Numbered from the stretch's first letter, positions 16,801 to 26,548 are shown. The stretch: 36,294 bases of DNA from a virus (IMGVR_UViG_3300025103_000069:1-36294), one strand, 5' to 3'. Notes: generated from the letters alone by a model not told the origin. Made by a program: numbers and translations.

Positions 16801-17882
16801 GTCTCATGCCAGTCGTACAAATCATGTACGCCTTTCATTGCTACATTACCTTCAGGATTCTTGGACATATTATAATATCCAAGTTCATCTAAGTCAGCTT
16901 CCTGCTTACGTGCATAGTTAGTAAGTTCTTCAGTAAGATCTTTACCTTTAGGAGCTGGTCTCATATCAGCAAGAGCTTTAACAGCTTGATCTGATTCCCC
17001 AAAAATTTGTGGAACCTTCTTTAAGTCAGCAGCTACGTTAGATAAAGCACTCGTTATTTTAGCAGCTTGACCAGCAAAAGGAATAAGAAAACCAAGTGCT
17101 AAATCCTCATTAATATTCTTCAAACGCATTTCGTCTGTACTTTCACCCTCAAGTGTTGCCCAGTTATCAGGTATAAAATCCCAAGTCTTTGGCCAGGATT
17201 TCTTTAACTGACCCGAAAAATTGTCTTCTGTGTACTGATCACTAACAGAACCAACAGCAACACTAACACCAGCTTCTACACCACGTTGAGACATGAACTT
17301 TACAAAAGCTGATTTACCAAGTGGGTTATTAACCAAAGCTTGTGCTTTAGTGCCAGCAGTAAGACCAGCACCTTGTAGTAAGATTGTAGGTGCGACAACA
17401 GAAGAAATGTTCCTTACAGTTTGAGCTACACTGTCTTCGTATTTAGTAATCTTAGGAATACCACCTGTTCCACCATATTGCTCATCTTGTTCGTCGCTGA
17501 CACCTGTTAATGCATTAAAAGCTTCAATGCCAAAATCTAACATACCTGTTGGTATAGATAGTAATCTTTCTAAGCCTGTTTGATCTACTGCTGCAGCTTC
17601 AGCATCCAGTGCTTCATAATTAATAGAACCATCTGGATTTTTTAAAGGATTTGTATCTGCTGGCTCCGCCGTAGCGGTGCCTGGATCCTGTTGTGGTTGG
17701 AGCGTTTCTCCTCCCGTAGGAGGTTGCATGGATTGTTCAGTGTCCGCCAATTCTTGCTCTTGAGCAGCGTCCAATCTCTGTTGAATTTCTTCAATTTCTT
17801 CGTTAGAGAGTGTTGCTTGACGTTCTTGTTCATCCAGTACAAAATCTGCGCCTAAACCAGGATCTTGTGTAGGATCGTTCAT
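13851..17882 (-). CDS. internal virion (ejection) protein D, T7 gp16-like
   Basis: 1343 aa, helical; synteny directly before the tail fibre. Confidence 0.8.
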   Translation of the reverse strand: MNDPTQDPGLGADFVLDEQERQATLSNEEIEEIQQRLDAAQEQELADTEQSMQPPTGGETLQPQQDPGTATAEPADTNPLKNPDGSINYEALDAEAAAVDQTGLERLLSIPTGMLDFGIEAFNALTGVSDEQDEQYGGTGGIPKITKYEDSVAQTVRNISSVVAPTILLQGAGLTAGTKAQALVNNPLGKSAFVKFMSQRGVEAGVSVAVGSVSDQYTEDNFSGQLKKSWPKTWDFIPDNWATLEGESTDEMRLKNINEDLALGFLIPFAGQAAKITSALSNVAADLKKVPQIFGESDQAVKALADMRPAPKGKDLTEELTNYARKQEADLDELGYYNMSKNPEGNVAMKGVHDLYDWHETGMRSVDDFGIVGASVDAARIASNKGTVYGRLRNFISEPALKFGVETPGAVEEITIGLTKQLKDADRYRMDAADWAISFDEIQAQGDNLVLELFDPTVGVDEIRRILDPVITKNEFGAEVLSGKGYTDALSSINTMVKNYSGMDVAKAQAYTATSIAGQVADLSEGIRINKGSLSIENAQEKLLDNINFLQQLVNSTRYYATEKKGALLFAEKLKNFGKSSDEISESIKEAYPQALRTIQKQSDEFTANWQYLQENRPDILDAFLELYELSDGKINTIAKMNEDMALGLTKLRLGFDRNPESPNILVQALRANYFNSKLSNPATGINALYGNLSGLVAEPVTYFAGALMQKDLKAVQRGWMAYSAIFDTQKKAIPYAGQMFRKASQNPNSVASQTRLDLTIQKEEKFAQWRYIAEAEAARGNHGYKFLTDLYEEGIAMAEDPIFRLQPNLMTGFDGWTSATIANAQARFRAMDELDRLGEAATPARVKELATKEYDSMFDRNGVIKDEAVKYSTADIALNLDTTLVKEIDGIVKMLPWMQTFLTYPKMFMNLVRVGDDYLPLPFKSFQEDINDLAFTPIKDFMSNPELVDNILTKRGHPIQRMDPTAKLNTIIDIKNRTLGRKAVGTAITSLVIGTVFRDKLFGDGLFSATGDGNFDRKLNRARIKNSNFKPRTVLLPGGVRLEYEALLGPGLSNWVAFVANVVDNFDMLGETAVEHLFQKSAFMLAAALAEPAGMSALSSLAEMIGGNESQMVRWSAAQFDSLGPLAGLRKAFGEVLDGGYKELNNDLMSHLGNRNKYFGVFDDTNRLPTITNPITGEMPNKYTLFHRFYNQMSPLKIHPGMTKEEQFLVDIEYDVSSAFKTRDGVDLTNTERAALYKKMGEQQILKKEISRISKIADARNTIKELKIARRTDPLNPNSSKQIPIGKYDQIHTMLRDAQKLAEDLAYEALDSEMKNGIQQRILIQKINNRNATQGIIPTTRY

Positions 17883-17899
17883 AGTTTGTTTTTAAAAAA

Positions 17900-20506
17900 T
17901 TAATTAATGGAATTAATCAAGTCCAACTCTTCTTGAGTAATTGGTCTTATTAAACCGCCAAGGTGTAAATGTGTTTCATGATCAGGATCACCATCACCAG
18001 GACCAATTACTTCTTTGAAAATATTCATAGATCGAATAAGTTCTTTAAGCTGTTTAGTCTTTGCAATAGACGTGTTGTAATCACCAGTTTGGTGTGTTAC
18101 ATCAAAAGCTTCGTCATAGTTGTGATAACTGTTTCCTGCGTGAACTGGATCTACTTGATCAAACGCACTATGTTCACCAATTTGAAACCCAGCTAATTGC
18201 ATTGCAGTCCCTATATTTAGATAAGCTTGTTTGTTTGCCTCATAAGTTAAGGCTCCTGTAGGTCCAAGCATACTTGGCCTAATGTTTCCAGGCATATTTG
18301 TTGTGCCTAAATAATTAACACCACCACGATTTCTTTGACTTGGATAAAGAGAGTTCATTAATGTTGCATTTTCAGGACTTGCCTCATCAATAGCTTGACT
18401 TACAATGTTAGGTTGAATCAAAGGTGTGTTTTCACCAAAGGCGAGATTATTTGCTTTAATTTGTTCATTAGCTAGTTCACTAGGTTTTGCCTTCATTTTT
18501 ACTGCAGTATAAATAATTAAAGGTGGATACCTTAAATTGTTTGAAATCTGCGCTTGTTGTGAAAGAGTTGCAAGTTCATCTGGTGTGGCTAACAAACTTG
18601 GTGTACTAGCAATTTCTCCTCTACTTTTACCTGCCGCCATTTTTTTATCAACAAGAATTTTTAATTGATAAAAATCTTTATTGTCTGGAAATAAATTAGG
18701 AAAAGCTACATTATTATTAGTGGCATCAGGCTTTTGATAAAATCTACCTGTTGGATCATCTTTATCTTTAATTCTTTCCGCCGTTAATATTTCGTTAGTT
18801 TTTGCTATTTGAGCCCCAATTGTTGCCTCATCTTGTGAACCACCAAAGCCCTGCTCTTTCCAAATCTCCTTCCACCTAGCTTTAAAAACACCTCCAAGCA
18901 GTGCAGCATCAGGTGTAGCACCTCCATCTAGACCTAAGCCATACACTTTTTTAGCAGCACCATCTAACGCAGACAATGTGTCTTTACCCAGCTGACCACC
19001 AAATTTTCTTATTTGTACTTTTTTATTTAATTCTATTAATTTAGTTTGGTGTGTACCAGTTGCCATGTTAATACGCTTTTCAGGAACTTCTGCACCAGTT
19101 CTTTCGTAACGAGCGATTTCATCTTCATTAAATAGTGATTGAGCATCACTTAGTTCATTTTTTAAATATGTAGGTATAGGTTGAGCTACAGAAGCAAACA
19201 AATCTGCTAGCTGTTTCTCTGCAGAAAAGGGGTTGTCGGCAATCATTGCTGGTATTTGACCACCATTAAATGCTGCTAATGTCCTTTCTTCGATACCGCG
19301 TATTTGTGCTAGTCTAGCTTTGTTATTATCAGAATCAATCCTTTGTACTCTATCTCGTTCTGCTTCATCTGCTAATTTAAAATAACGTACGCCCCATGTA
19401 GTTTCTTTACCATTTTGCCCTATAATTACAGCATTACGAATAGATTGAGCTTCTTCTTTAGTTGAAGCCATTTTCATGGCATTTACAAAAGAAGTATTTG
19501 CTGTTGTATAATTACCTGTAACAGCAACAATTTCTTTATATGCATTGGTAGCATCAGCTGCAGTATAATTAGATAGCAGTACGTTAGCATTGTCTAGTGC
19601 TATAGATTGGTTTTTCTCAGTCTCTCTAACACCAGAACGCTCTAGTCGCAACACATCTTTTTTTTCTGTTGCAGTTTTACCTGGAGTAAAATAAAGAGCT
19701 TCAGTTACACCAAGTGTTTCACGCATATCACGAGCAAGATCTTTAGTCACTTGAGCTTGAACAACTGCTGTCATTTGACGGTCATTCAACGCTTCTAAAC
19801 CAGAAAATTTCTTCCCGTTAATTTCGTAGATTTTTTCATCACTTCCAAAAGCTTTATCGGTATAGATACCATGTTTTGCTTCATAAAGACGATTAGCTAA
19901 TATACGCTTACCAATGGCACCAAGACCAGCGTTAGATACTACTCTTTTATAAGTTGCGGAAAAAGGTTCACCTGATTCCGCACTTTCAATTATATCTTCA
20001 CCCAGCTGTTTTTGAGCACCTAACTGTAAATTACCATATGCCTCTTCATATCTACCTTGATCTTCAACTAACAACGGCGCAAGAGGTATTGCGTTAGCCG
20101 CATCAGTCTGATCTTCTAATTGTGCTGCTTTGTTCTGTGCTTCTATTTTTTGTATAGTTGAACTAAAATCAACTAGACTTGAAAGTATAGTTTGAGTAGC
20201 ATCAGCATCATACTTAGCTTGCTGCTGATCACGTTGGGCTGTTTGTGTAATAGATAATTGCTCGTTCCTTAAATTTTGAACTTCAATATCTCTATTTTCT
20301 TTTGTAATTTGTTCGGTATAGTCTGCATTTGCTTGCATTGCCTTTAAAGTATCTTCCCGCTGTCTTTGTTCAGCTTGAAGATTTTTTTCCATACCTTGAA
20401 CAACTCTGTTGGTTTCTTCACGCATCCGTGAAATACCAGCGTTACTGAGTTGTATTGGTTGAAACCCTTTAGTTTTTGTAGCAGATTGGTATCGGATACG
20501 TGCCAT
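17900..20506 (-). CDS. internal virion protein C, T7 gp15-like, with a C-terminal M15-like Zn peptidase motif
   Basis: synteny; SYHNYDEAFD (Hx6D) and HETHLH (HxH). Confidence 0.75.
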   Translation of the reverse strand: MARIRYQSATKTKGFQPIQLSNAGISRMREETNRVVQGMEKNLQAEQRQREDTLKAMQANADYTEQITKENRDIEVQNLRNEQLSITQTAQRDQQQAKYDADATQTILSSLVDFSSTIQKIEAQNKAAQLEDQTDAANAIPLAPLLVEDQGRYEEAYGNLQLGAQKQLGEDIIESAESGEPFSATYKRVVSNAGLGAIGKRILANRLYEAKHGIYTDKAFGSDEKIYEINGKKFSGLEALNDRQMTAVVQAQVTKDLARDMRETLGVTEALYFTPGKTATEKKDVLRLERSGVRETEKNQSIALDNANVLLSNYTAADATNAYKEIVAVTGNYTTANTSFVNAMKMASTKEEAQSIRNAVIIGQNGKETTWGVRYFKLADEAERDRVQRIDSDNNKARLAQIRGIEERTLAAFNGGQIPAMIADNPFSAEKQLADLFASVAQPIPTYLKNELSDAQSLFNEDEIARYERTGAEVPEKRINMATGTHQTKLIELNKKVQIRKFGGQLGKDTLSALDGAAKKVYGLGLDGGATPDAALLGGVFKARWKEIWKEQGFGGSQDEATIGAQIAKTNEILTAERIKDKDDPTGRFYQKPDATNNNVAFPNLFPDNKDFYQLKILVDKKMAAGKSRGEIASTPSLLATPDELATLSQQAQISNNLRYPPLIIYTAVKMKAKPSELANEQIKANNLAFGENTPLIQPNIVSQAIDEASPENATLMNSLYPSQRNRGGVNYLGTTNMPGNIRPSMLGPTGALTYEANKQAYLNIGTAMQLAGFQIGEHSAFDQVDPVHAGNSYHNYDEAFDVTHQTGDYNTSIAKTKQLKELIRSMNIFKEVIGPGDGDPDHETHLHLGGLIRPITQEELDLINSIN

Positions 20507-20545
20507 AATTTTTAGTTAGTTAGGTTGTCGTAAAAATCCACGCCA

Positions 20546-21802
20546 CTAGAAGAAGTCATTGTTACTTATAGCACTGAACGCCCCGGCTGCTTGTCCAATA
20601 CCTTGAATCAAAGGCGCGTAAACATTTTGTTGAGTTGCTTGAGGGACAAAACCGGGAATAGATTCCATACGTTCGATGAAAATACGTTCAGGTTCAATTT
20701 GTGGTTTTGGATCGTAAGACAATTTTTCTGGTTTAATTAAAGTCGATTCTCTTACAGTAAGATCAGCATTAGCTCTTTGCATTACAATCTCTTTAATATT
20801 GCGTTTACTTTGACTCATAAAACTTTCCATATTAGCATCCATTACTCTTTTGTTAAAGTCTGCATCAGCTTCAGCAGCAGTAATACTATTTTTTATACGT
20901 TGCATATTAATATTATAACCAGCTTTAACATTAGTTAAATCTCTTTGTATACGTTCTATATTAAGACCAATACCTGATTCTGCTAAACTTGATTCGGCAT
21001 TTAATTTTGCTAGTTCAATACCAGCAGCCTTCCGTTTACCAGTCAAATCAGATTCTAATTGAATAAGACCACGGTGTAATTCAGCAGAAGCAGCTTGCTG
21101 CCGTTTAGCTTTAGATTTACCTGCTTGACCCATTGCAGCGCGACCTTCAGCAATTAAACCTTTAACCATAGCATCTGTTTTAGCAAAGGAACCTTGTTGC
21201 ATTAGCTGATCTATTTGATTATTAATAGAAGCTGATCCTATGTTTCTTTGACTTTGAATGCTAAGTGACTTAAGACGCTGATCTGTTATATCGTAAGTGC
21301 CTTTTTCAAAAGCTTTATTTGACTCAAGGGTTGCCGATCTTGTACTTATATCAGCTTCAGTGTAAACACTTTTTAATGCAGCTAAAGAGGATTCACGTTG
21401 AAATTGTTGTTGAATAAACATATCTTCAAGTGATGCTTGTTCAGATTCAATCGCTCGTGCTTCACCTTGAAGATTTAACTCTAACTGTTGTTTACCAATA
21501 TCTACACTTTTTTCGTATGCTTTAAGACCTCTGAGATATTGAAAGTCTTGGATTTCTTTTCCACGTTCCCAGTTTGAAATAGATGTATCGTAACTAAAAT
21601 CACGCATCGCTTCATAATTAGCTTTATCAGCTACATCAAGCTTCTCGTTATGTTCGTTAGTAAGTTTGGATGTTTTTTCGTTAAACTCTCGTTGTTCCCT
21701 TTCATTCCTATCTGCACGTGCATTATTAGAACTGGCTTGGGACATGCCCATAATTCCGCCAGCAAGTGCGGCAACACCGCCAATTATTAAACCAAGAGGC
21801 AT
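20546..21802 (-). CDS. internal virion protein B, T7 gp14-like
   Basis: Gly/Ala hydrophobic N-terminus, long coiled coil, synteny after tail tube B. Confidence 0.75.
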   Translation of the reverse strand: MPLGLIIGGVAALAGGIMGMSQASSNNARADRNEREQREFNEKTSKLTNEHNEKLDVADKANYEAMRDFSYDTSISNWERGKEIQDFQYLRGLKAYEKSVDIGKQQLELNLQGEARAIESEQASLEDMFIQQQFQRESSLAALKSVYTEADISTRSATLESNKAFEKGTYDITDQRLKSLSIQSQRNIGSASINNQIDQLMQQGSFAKTDAMVKGLIAEGRAAMGQAGKSKAKRQQAASAELHRGLIQLESDLTGKRKAAGIELAKLNAESSLAESGIGLNIERIQRDLTNVKAGYNINMQRIKNSITAAEADADFNKRVMDANMESFMSQSKRNIKEIVMQRANADLTVRESTLIKPEKLSYDPKPQIEPERIFIERMESIPGFVPQATQQNVYAPLIQGIGQAAGAFSAISNNDFF

Positions 21803-21804
21803 GT

Positions 21805-24342
21805 CTATCTTCTCCTATAGAATCGTGGTGAATAAATACCTTCCCATGTCATTGATACCAACGATACAGGGTATGGAAAACTGCTTGTCACTTTAAGTTC
21901 AAAATTAGTATTACGTTGATGGATTGGTATAGTGAATTGATGCTCAGATGTTACAGGACTACTGTCTGCTACATAAGTATTAGCATCAGTTACATATTCT
22001 ACATTCTTCCATTCATCAGAACCACCAGCTTTTACTTTAAATAAAACTGGACCTGTCCTACCAACAGAGAATGTAACTCTTGATATAGTTAATGTAGCTG
22101 TATAATCTGATGTTGTAGCATCACGTTTATAATAAAATTTAGGCATAGTTGTTTCAAAATCATAACCATACCCTATGACAATACCATCAGCATAACTTGT
22201 ATAGTCACCTTTTACTTCAAAGTAATTGTAACCTGTACCAATTTCAGTACGTGCAGTAGCTGCTAAATAGAATCCAGCATCAGCATCAACAGCTGCGTCT
22301 GTTCCTACATCTGCTGTTGGTACACTAAGAAGCATGATAGCTTCCTTTTGTTGGAATGGAGTATAAGGTGAATAGATTTTAGTAACCTCATTGGTTGAAT
22401 CATATACCACCGCATTGACACCTACAGCAGGCTGTACGGGCCTTGTGGCCATGTCTAGGCATGTATTACCAGTGATGCTTGTAGCGCCTACTACAGAGCT
22501 TCCTGAGGGGATCTCATCAAGAATGATTCTACCTATTGTGTACTCATCTTCATGCTGAGATATGATAACTACAGAGTCATTGATAATATCTGCAGTTTGA
22601 ATAGTACCTGGTAATTCCCATTTAGTCCATGCTTGAAATAGATCTTTTTCACCATTATTATAATACCTATAAAGATATAGGTAAGATGTAGCTCTATCAA
22701 TTAGCATGATCACAGAGTTCTGTGGGCTAACTGTAAGACCATCTACAGTGTCAGGAATCCATTCTAATACAATCTTACTGATATCAACTACAAGTGGACT
22801 TTGTTCAACGTCACGTAGTTGCATAGTAAATAGTTTACTATAGCCTGGTACTCTATTAATAAAAGCTGATGTAATACCAACATCTACAGGTGCTATATCA
22901 GTTGCCATTTCATAGTTAGATAATGATCTAATGACAGCAGTAGTAGGTGTTAAGATACTAGCATCAGTTGAGTACACTTGAAATTGTTGTCGTGCACTAA
23001 ATAATAATAGACCTTGTGGAGATGGTAAGACATCAGACAAAGTAACTGGTCTTACACTAGATACATTTAAATCAATAGGATCTGAATCAATTTGAGTTAA
23101 AGCAGATTTAACAAAGAAATTAAAAGTATCATTTGCAACACCAAAGATTACGTTATCTTGAGATAGTAATCCAAACCTATTACTATAAAAGAAAGAGGCT
23201 TGAACAGGATGTCCAATGAAAGATGGTAGTGGACTTGTTACATCATCTCCTGCTTCACGTGCTTTCCAAGGAATAGGATTAAATGCAAAAGTTAATGCAC
23301 CAGTATTTTCTAGTTGATATGGCATTGTAGTTGCATCAAGTCCTGGTGATGCATCACGTGCAACAGTTTCTTTCCAGTAACCTCTACCTCTCAACCCATT
23401 ATAAGCAACATACTTAAGATGATAATCATCATCAGCAGAGTCAGTATTTAATACTCTTACATAATGATTATGAAAAGATTCTACTGGTAACTCTGCGATA
23501 TCATTAATATCATCTTCAAAAACTTCAAGAGATGTATTTCCTAGACCACCTTTTGCTTCAATGGTAAATGCTACTTCTGTGCCAGTAGGTGCACTGTAAT
23601 CAGTGACAACAGCATTACTACCAGTTGTACGTTTAATAACAAGACTATTTGTATAACCTTCTAAATACCATGTACCTGCAAAGTTTGCATTAGATGCAGC
23701 ATGTTGTGCTTCAATTGTTGCTTTAATAGCATCAACAAGATGATGGCTGTTATTAACATTGCCAGAATCATATACCAACATGTCATCAAAAGTTGTACTG
23801 TTTTGAGCAGTAACTGTTGTGACTATGTTTTGAATCGTGACTTGATATGAATACGTATTGACTAATGCTACTAATCTAAGTGTTGCTACAGCACTAGACA
23901 CAAAGCTGCCTGCCGGCTGCATTGCAGTTGTAACAGTCTTGTTTGTAATTACTGTGACATCTTGTACACTACGAAAATGGTAGTCATTTTGTGTAGTACC
24001 AGTTAAGTAAGATGCACCATTATTAGTTACTGTACACCATGTACCATCAGCTGTAGTCCATACATAAACATTTGCACCTTTAATAGCACCAATGTAAGAT
24101 CCAGCAGCATCACGTTCGATAAAGAACCATGCAGCACCATCTAGTTCAGCTTTAGTAAATGCAGTACCATTAGCTTTTTTCAATACATTTGTATGTTTCA
24201 TTCCTGGTCTTTTTAGTAGACCATATGTAGGATCAGGGTAACCGTTAATGCATTCAGTTACTTGTCCTAATAATTTTTTGTCATCATTTTGTCGTGAGAC
24301 ACCACCAAGAAAGTTTGGTATTAACTGAGTTACTGCTGGCAT
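21805..24342 (-). CDS. tail tubular protein B (T7 gp12-like)
   Basis: IPNFLGGVSRQ...GLLKRPG N-terminus; FYSNRFGLLS; DSDPIDL; WEGIY C-terminus. Confidence 0.93.
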   Translation of the reverse strand: MPAVTQLIPNFLGGVSRQNDDKKLLGQVTECINGYPDPTYGLLKRPGMKHTNVLKKANGTAFTKAELDGAAWFFIERDAAGSYIGAIKGANVYVWTTADGTWCTVTNNGASYLTGTTQNDYHFRSVQDVTVITNKTVTTAMQPAGSFVSSAVATLRLVALVNTYSYQVTIQNIVTTVTAQNSTTFDDMLVYDSGNVNNSHHLVDAIKATIEAQHAASNANFAGTWYLEGYTNSLVIKRTTGSNAVVTDYSAPTGTEVAFTIEAKGGLGNTSLEVFEDDINDIAELPVESFHNHYVRVLNTDSADDDYHLKYVAYNGLRGRGYWKETVARDASPGLDATTMPYQLENTGALTFAFNPIPWKAREAGDDVTSPLPSFIGHPVQASFFYSNRFGLLSQDNVIFGVANDTFNFFVKSALTQIDSDPIDLNVSSVRPVTLSDVLPSPQGLLLFSARQQFQVYSTDASILTPTTAVIRSLSNYEMATDIAPVDVGITSAFINRVPGYSKLFTMQLRDVEQSPLVVDISKIVLEWIPDTVDGLTVSPQNSVIMLIDRATSYLYLYRYYNNGEKDLFQAWTKWELPGTIQTADIINDSVVIISQHEDEYTIGRIILDEIPSGSSVVGATSITGNTCLDMATRPVQPAVGVNAVVYDSTNEVTKIYSPYTPFQQKEAIMLLSVPTADVGTDAAVDADAGFYLAATARTEIGTGYNYFEVKGDYTSYADGIVIGYGYDFETTMPKFYYKRDATTSDYTATLTISRVTFSVGRTGPVLFKVKAGGSDEWKNVEYVTDANTYVADSSPVTSEHQFTIPIHQRNTNFELKVTSSFPYPVSLVSMTWEGIYSPRFYRRR

Positions 24343-25226
24343 TAGCGTTGTAAAGTATGGAACGGTTGGTAGCTTTGATAGAAATTACCACCTTTTGGAC
24401 TACCAAAGAATGAGTAATCACCTTGATTACATTCGTATTCCAAGGCTGTAGATTTAGCAAGAGCTTCTTTTTGTTGTAAGATTTGATATTGATTTGGATC
24501 ACCAATAATTCTACTAGATACAATTGACGATGCTCGTGCAATAATGAAGGCTTGAATTACAGTAGGAATGCTGGTCCAGTCAAAGTACCAGATAATATCT
24601 ACATATAAAGTAGCATCAGTCCATGTAAATGAATGAGCAGTTTTATCATAAAGTTTCCCTTCACGATTAATACTATCTCTATCTAGGTTTTGTGTATAAG
24701 TTCTATTCAGATCCATATGAAGTATATTATTAGCAATAACTACTTCATTAGATGAGTCAGGTGTAATTGGATAGTCCGATTCTTTATTAAAAGACCAGCC
24801 TTCTGATTGTACTTCACGAGACACTTCTCTAAGGGTGTTGAGTGCAATCGCAACGTCCGGGTTGGTTTGTGATTCAATTCTACTTGTAGCAATAGACTGT
24901 GTTAAAATCTGACTGGAAACAGTCTGAGAGATATTAACAGTATATGTATATGTAACAGGATCTGTAGCTGGAGATACTTCTACACCTGCAACGGCAATAG
25001 ATGTACCAACAGTTACACCAGGTCCACCAATATAGGTGCCGACTGGAATGTTAGCTGTTGTAGTAGTTAGAGTGGTGCCGGAAATAGAACCAGTAAAGCT
25101 TGAAACTTCATTCAGTACGAAAGTTTCATCAGTTGTCAATGTAGTGACAGGAGCCTGACCAACTGACGCCAGGATCTGATTAACAGCTTGTAGCTCAGTA
25201 TTGGAGCCAGTAGTAGGGAAGGCCAT
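24342..25226 (-). CDS. tail tubular protein A (T7 gp11-like) with an inserted beta domain
   Basis: ELQAVNQILASVGQAPVTTL...NPDVAIA...VQSEGWSFNKE. Confidence 0.9.
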   Translation of the reverse strand: MAFPTTGSNTELQAVNQILASVGQAPVTTLTTDETFVLNEVSSFTGSISGTTLTTTTANIPVGTYIGGPGVTVGTSIAVAGVEVSPATDPVTYTYTVNISQTVSSQILTQSIATSRIESQTNPDVAIALNTLREVSREVQSEGWSFNKESDYPITPDSSNEVVIANNILHMDLNRTYTQNLDRDSINREGKLYDKTAHSFTWTDATLYVDIIWYFDWTSIPTVIQAFIIARASSIVSSRIIGDPNQYQILQQKEALAKSTALEYECNQGDYSFFGSPKGGNFYQSYQPFHTLQR

Positions 25227-25229
25227 AAA

Positions 25230-25252
25230 TTGATAATGAGTATTATTCTCAA
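25230..25252. promoter_or_regulatory. Fur-box-like operator 2
   Basis: TTGATAATGAGTATTATTCTCAA; 15/19 to the classical Fur box; 20/23 identical to the reverse complement of 1395-1417. Confidence 0.45.
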
Positions 25253-25261
25253 TAAAGAATT

Positions 25262-25289
25262 AAAAAAAAGGAGCCTCCGAAGAGACTCC
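25262..25289 (-). terminator. intrinsic terminator after the capsid gene (T-phi position)
   Basis: minus strand GGAGTCTC-TTCG-GAGGCTCC followed by T8. Confidence 0.9.
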
Positions 25290-25306
25290 CGTTGGATATA
25301 AAAATA

Positions 25307-26431
25307 TCAGAAATCAGAAGGTGCAGTAGCACCAACATACAATTCAACACTAGCAGCAGGGTTAAGGTAATCACAGCCGCAAGCTAAACGCCCGAGCATT
25401 ACGTCACCCTGGTATACCACGGAGACATCTCCACTGGTTACTTGAACCTGAGGACCAATTGCTTCAACCATACCGGCTGCTTCTTTCTGGAAGATAAGAC
25501 CACAGGACTTAGAACCGAATTCGGTTGCAGTACCATAATCATTATTAATACCAGTTTGAGCACCAGAGGCATCTTCAAGAGATTCTGCAACGAAATCACC
25601 AGTATTACCAGGTGCGGTTACACCAGTTGTACCGCCGTAAGCAGTACCATACTTGCCAAGGAACGGGATGTTCATAGACTTGTAGATCTGAATACCAGCA
25701 ATCTCAATGATGCCGTTACCAGACTGCAAAGCAGTACCCTGAGCGTCACGATTAACCAGACCGTTGGAACCAACAGCTTGAATCAATTCGTAGTACTGAC
25801 GAGGGTTAAGGACGGCAACACGGCCATCTGAAGTAACACCTTTCTCGTCAAGAGCAGCAGCTGCATCATAGAATGCAGATACCAAGTTACCAGCAACGTA
25901 AGCATCAGAATCATTGGTAGTTGCACCAACACGAATCTGTGTACCACCGGGCTCAACATAACCAGTTGCACTGATAGGAGAAGCCTTACGTGCACCACGT
26001 GCAATAGCACGGAATGCAAGACGGTCATATTTTTCTGCGAGAGCGTAGCCGATCTTACGTGAGATCTCAGACCTCAAATCGTAATGAGAAAGTACTTCGT
26101 CCAATTCGTAGACGAAAGCTGAACTGATCAACAGGTCATCAACCGTGATCGTCTTCTCAGCCACAGGAGGTGCACCATTGGAGTCACCAAGAATGCTGTT
26201 GCCAGGAGTATGGAACTCTGACTTGGTACGACCTGTGAAGATAAACTGCAAAGATTTGCCGTTCTTAAGTGTACGCTTCATGATCAAGTCACGAGCGATT
26301 GTATTATTCTGGAAGCCTTTGAACATTTCGCCACTGAACAGTTTAAGATACAGTGCACGTTTGTCGCCAGCTAGGTTAGCCTGACCCAGCTGTGTAAGCT
26401 GAGAGGGGTTAACCGAAGATTGAAAAGCCAT
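25307..26431 (-). CDS. major capsid protein (T7 gp10-like)
   Basis: ALYLKLFSGEMF, RTLKNGKSLQFIFTGR, ITVDDLLISS, HYDLRSE. Confidence 0.96.
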   Translation of the reverse strand: MAFQSSVNPSQLTQLGQANLAGDKRALYLKLFSGEMFKGFQNNTIARDLIMKRTLKNGKSLQFIFTGRTKSEFHTPGNSILGDSNGAPPVAEKTITVDDLLISSAFVYELDEVLSHYDLRSEISRKIGYALAEKYDRLAFRAIARGARKASPISATGYVEPGGTQIRVGATTNDSDAYVAGNLVSAFYDAAAALDEKGVTSDGRVAVLNPRQYYELIQAVGSNGLVNRDAQGTALQSGNGIIEIAGIQIYKSMNIPFLGKYGTAYGGTTGVTAPGNTGDFVAESLEDASGAQTGINNDYGTATEFGSKSCGLIFQKEAAGMVEAIGPQVQVTSGDVSVVYQGDVMLGRLACGCDYLNPAASVELYVGATAPSDF

Positions 26432-26548
26432 TTTTGTAGAGAGTTAATTATGTACGACTCTCAAAGATCTTTGAGTTATTTAATTTGTATTGTGGTCTAT
26501 CCCACCGTCTAGACGGCAAAGGGTATCCTCGTAAGGGCCTATGCCAAT

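Noticed and set aside
25290-25330. T7 10A/10B-type capsid frameshift extension
   Set aside because: No clear slippery site, and the terminator follows the stop almost immediately, leaving no room for an extension.
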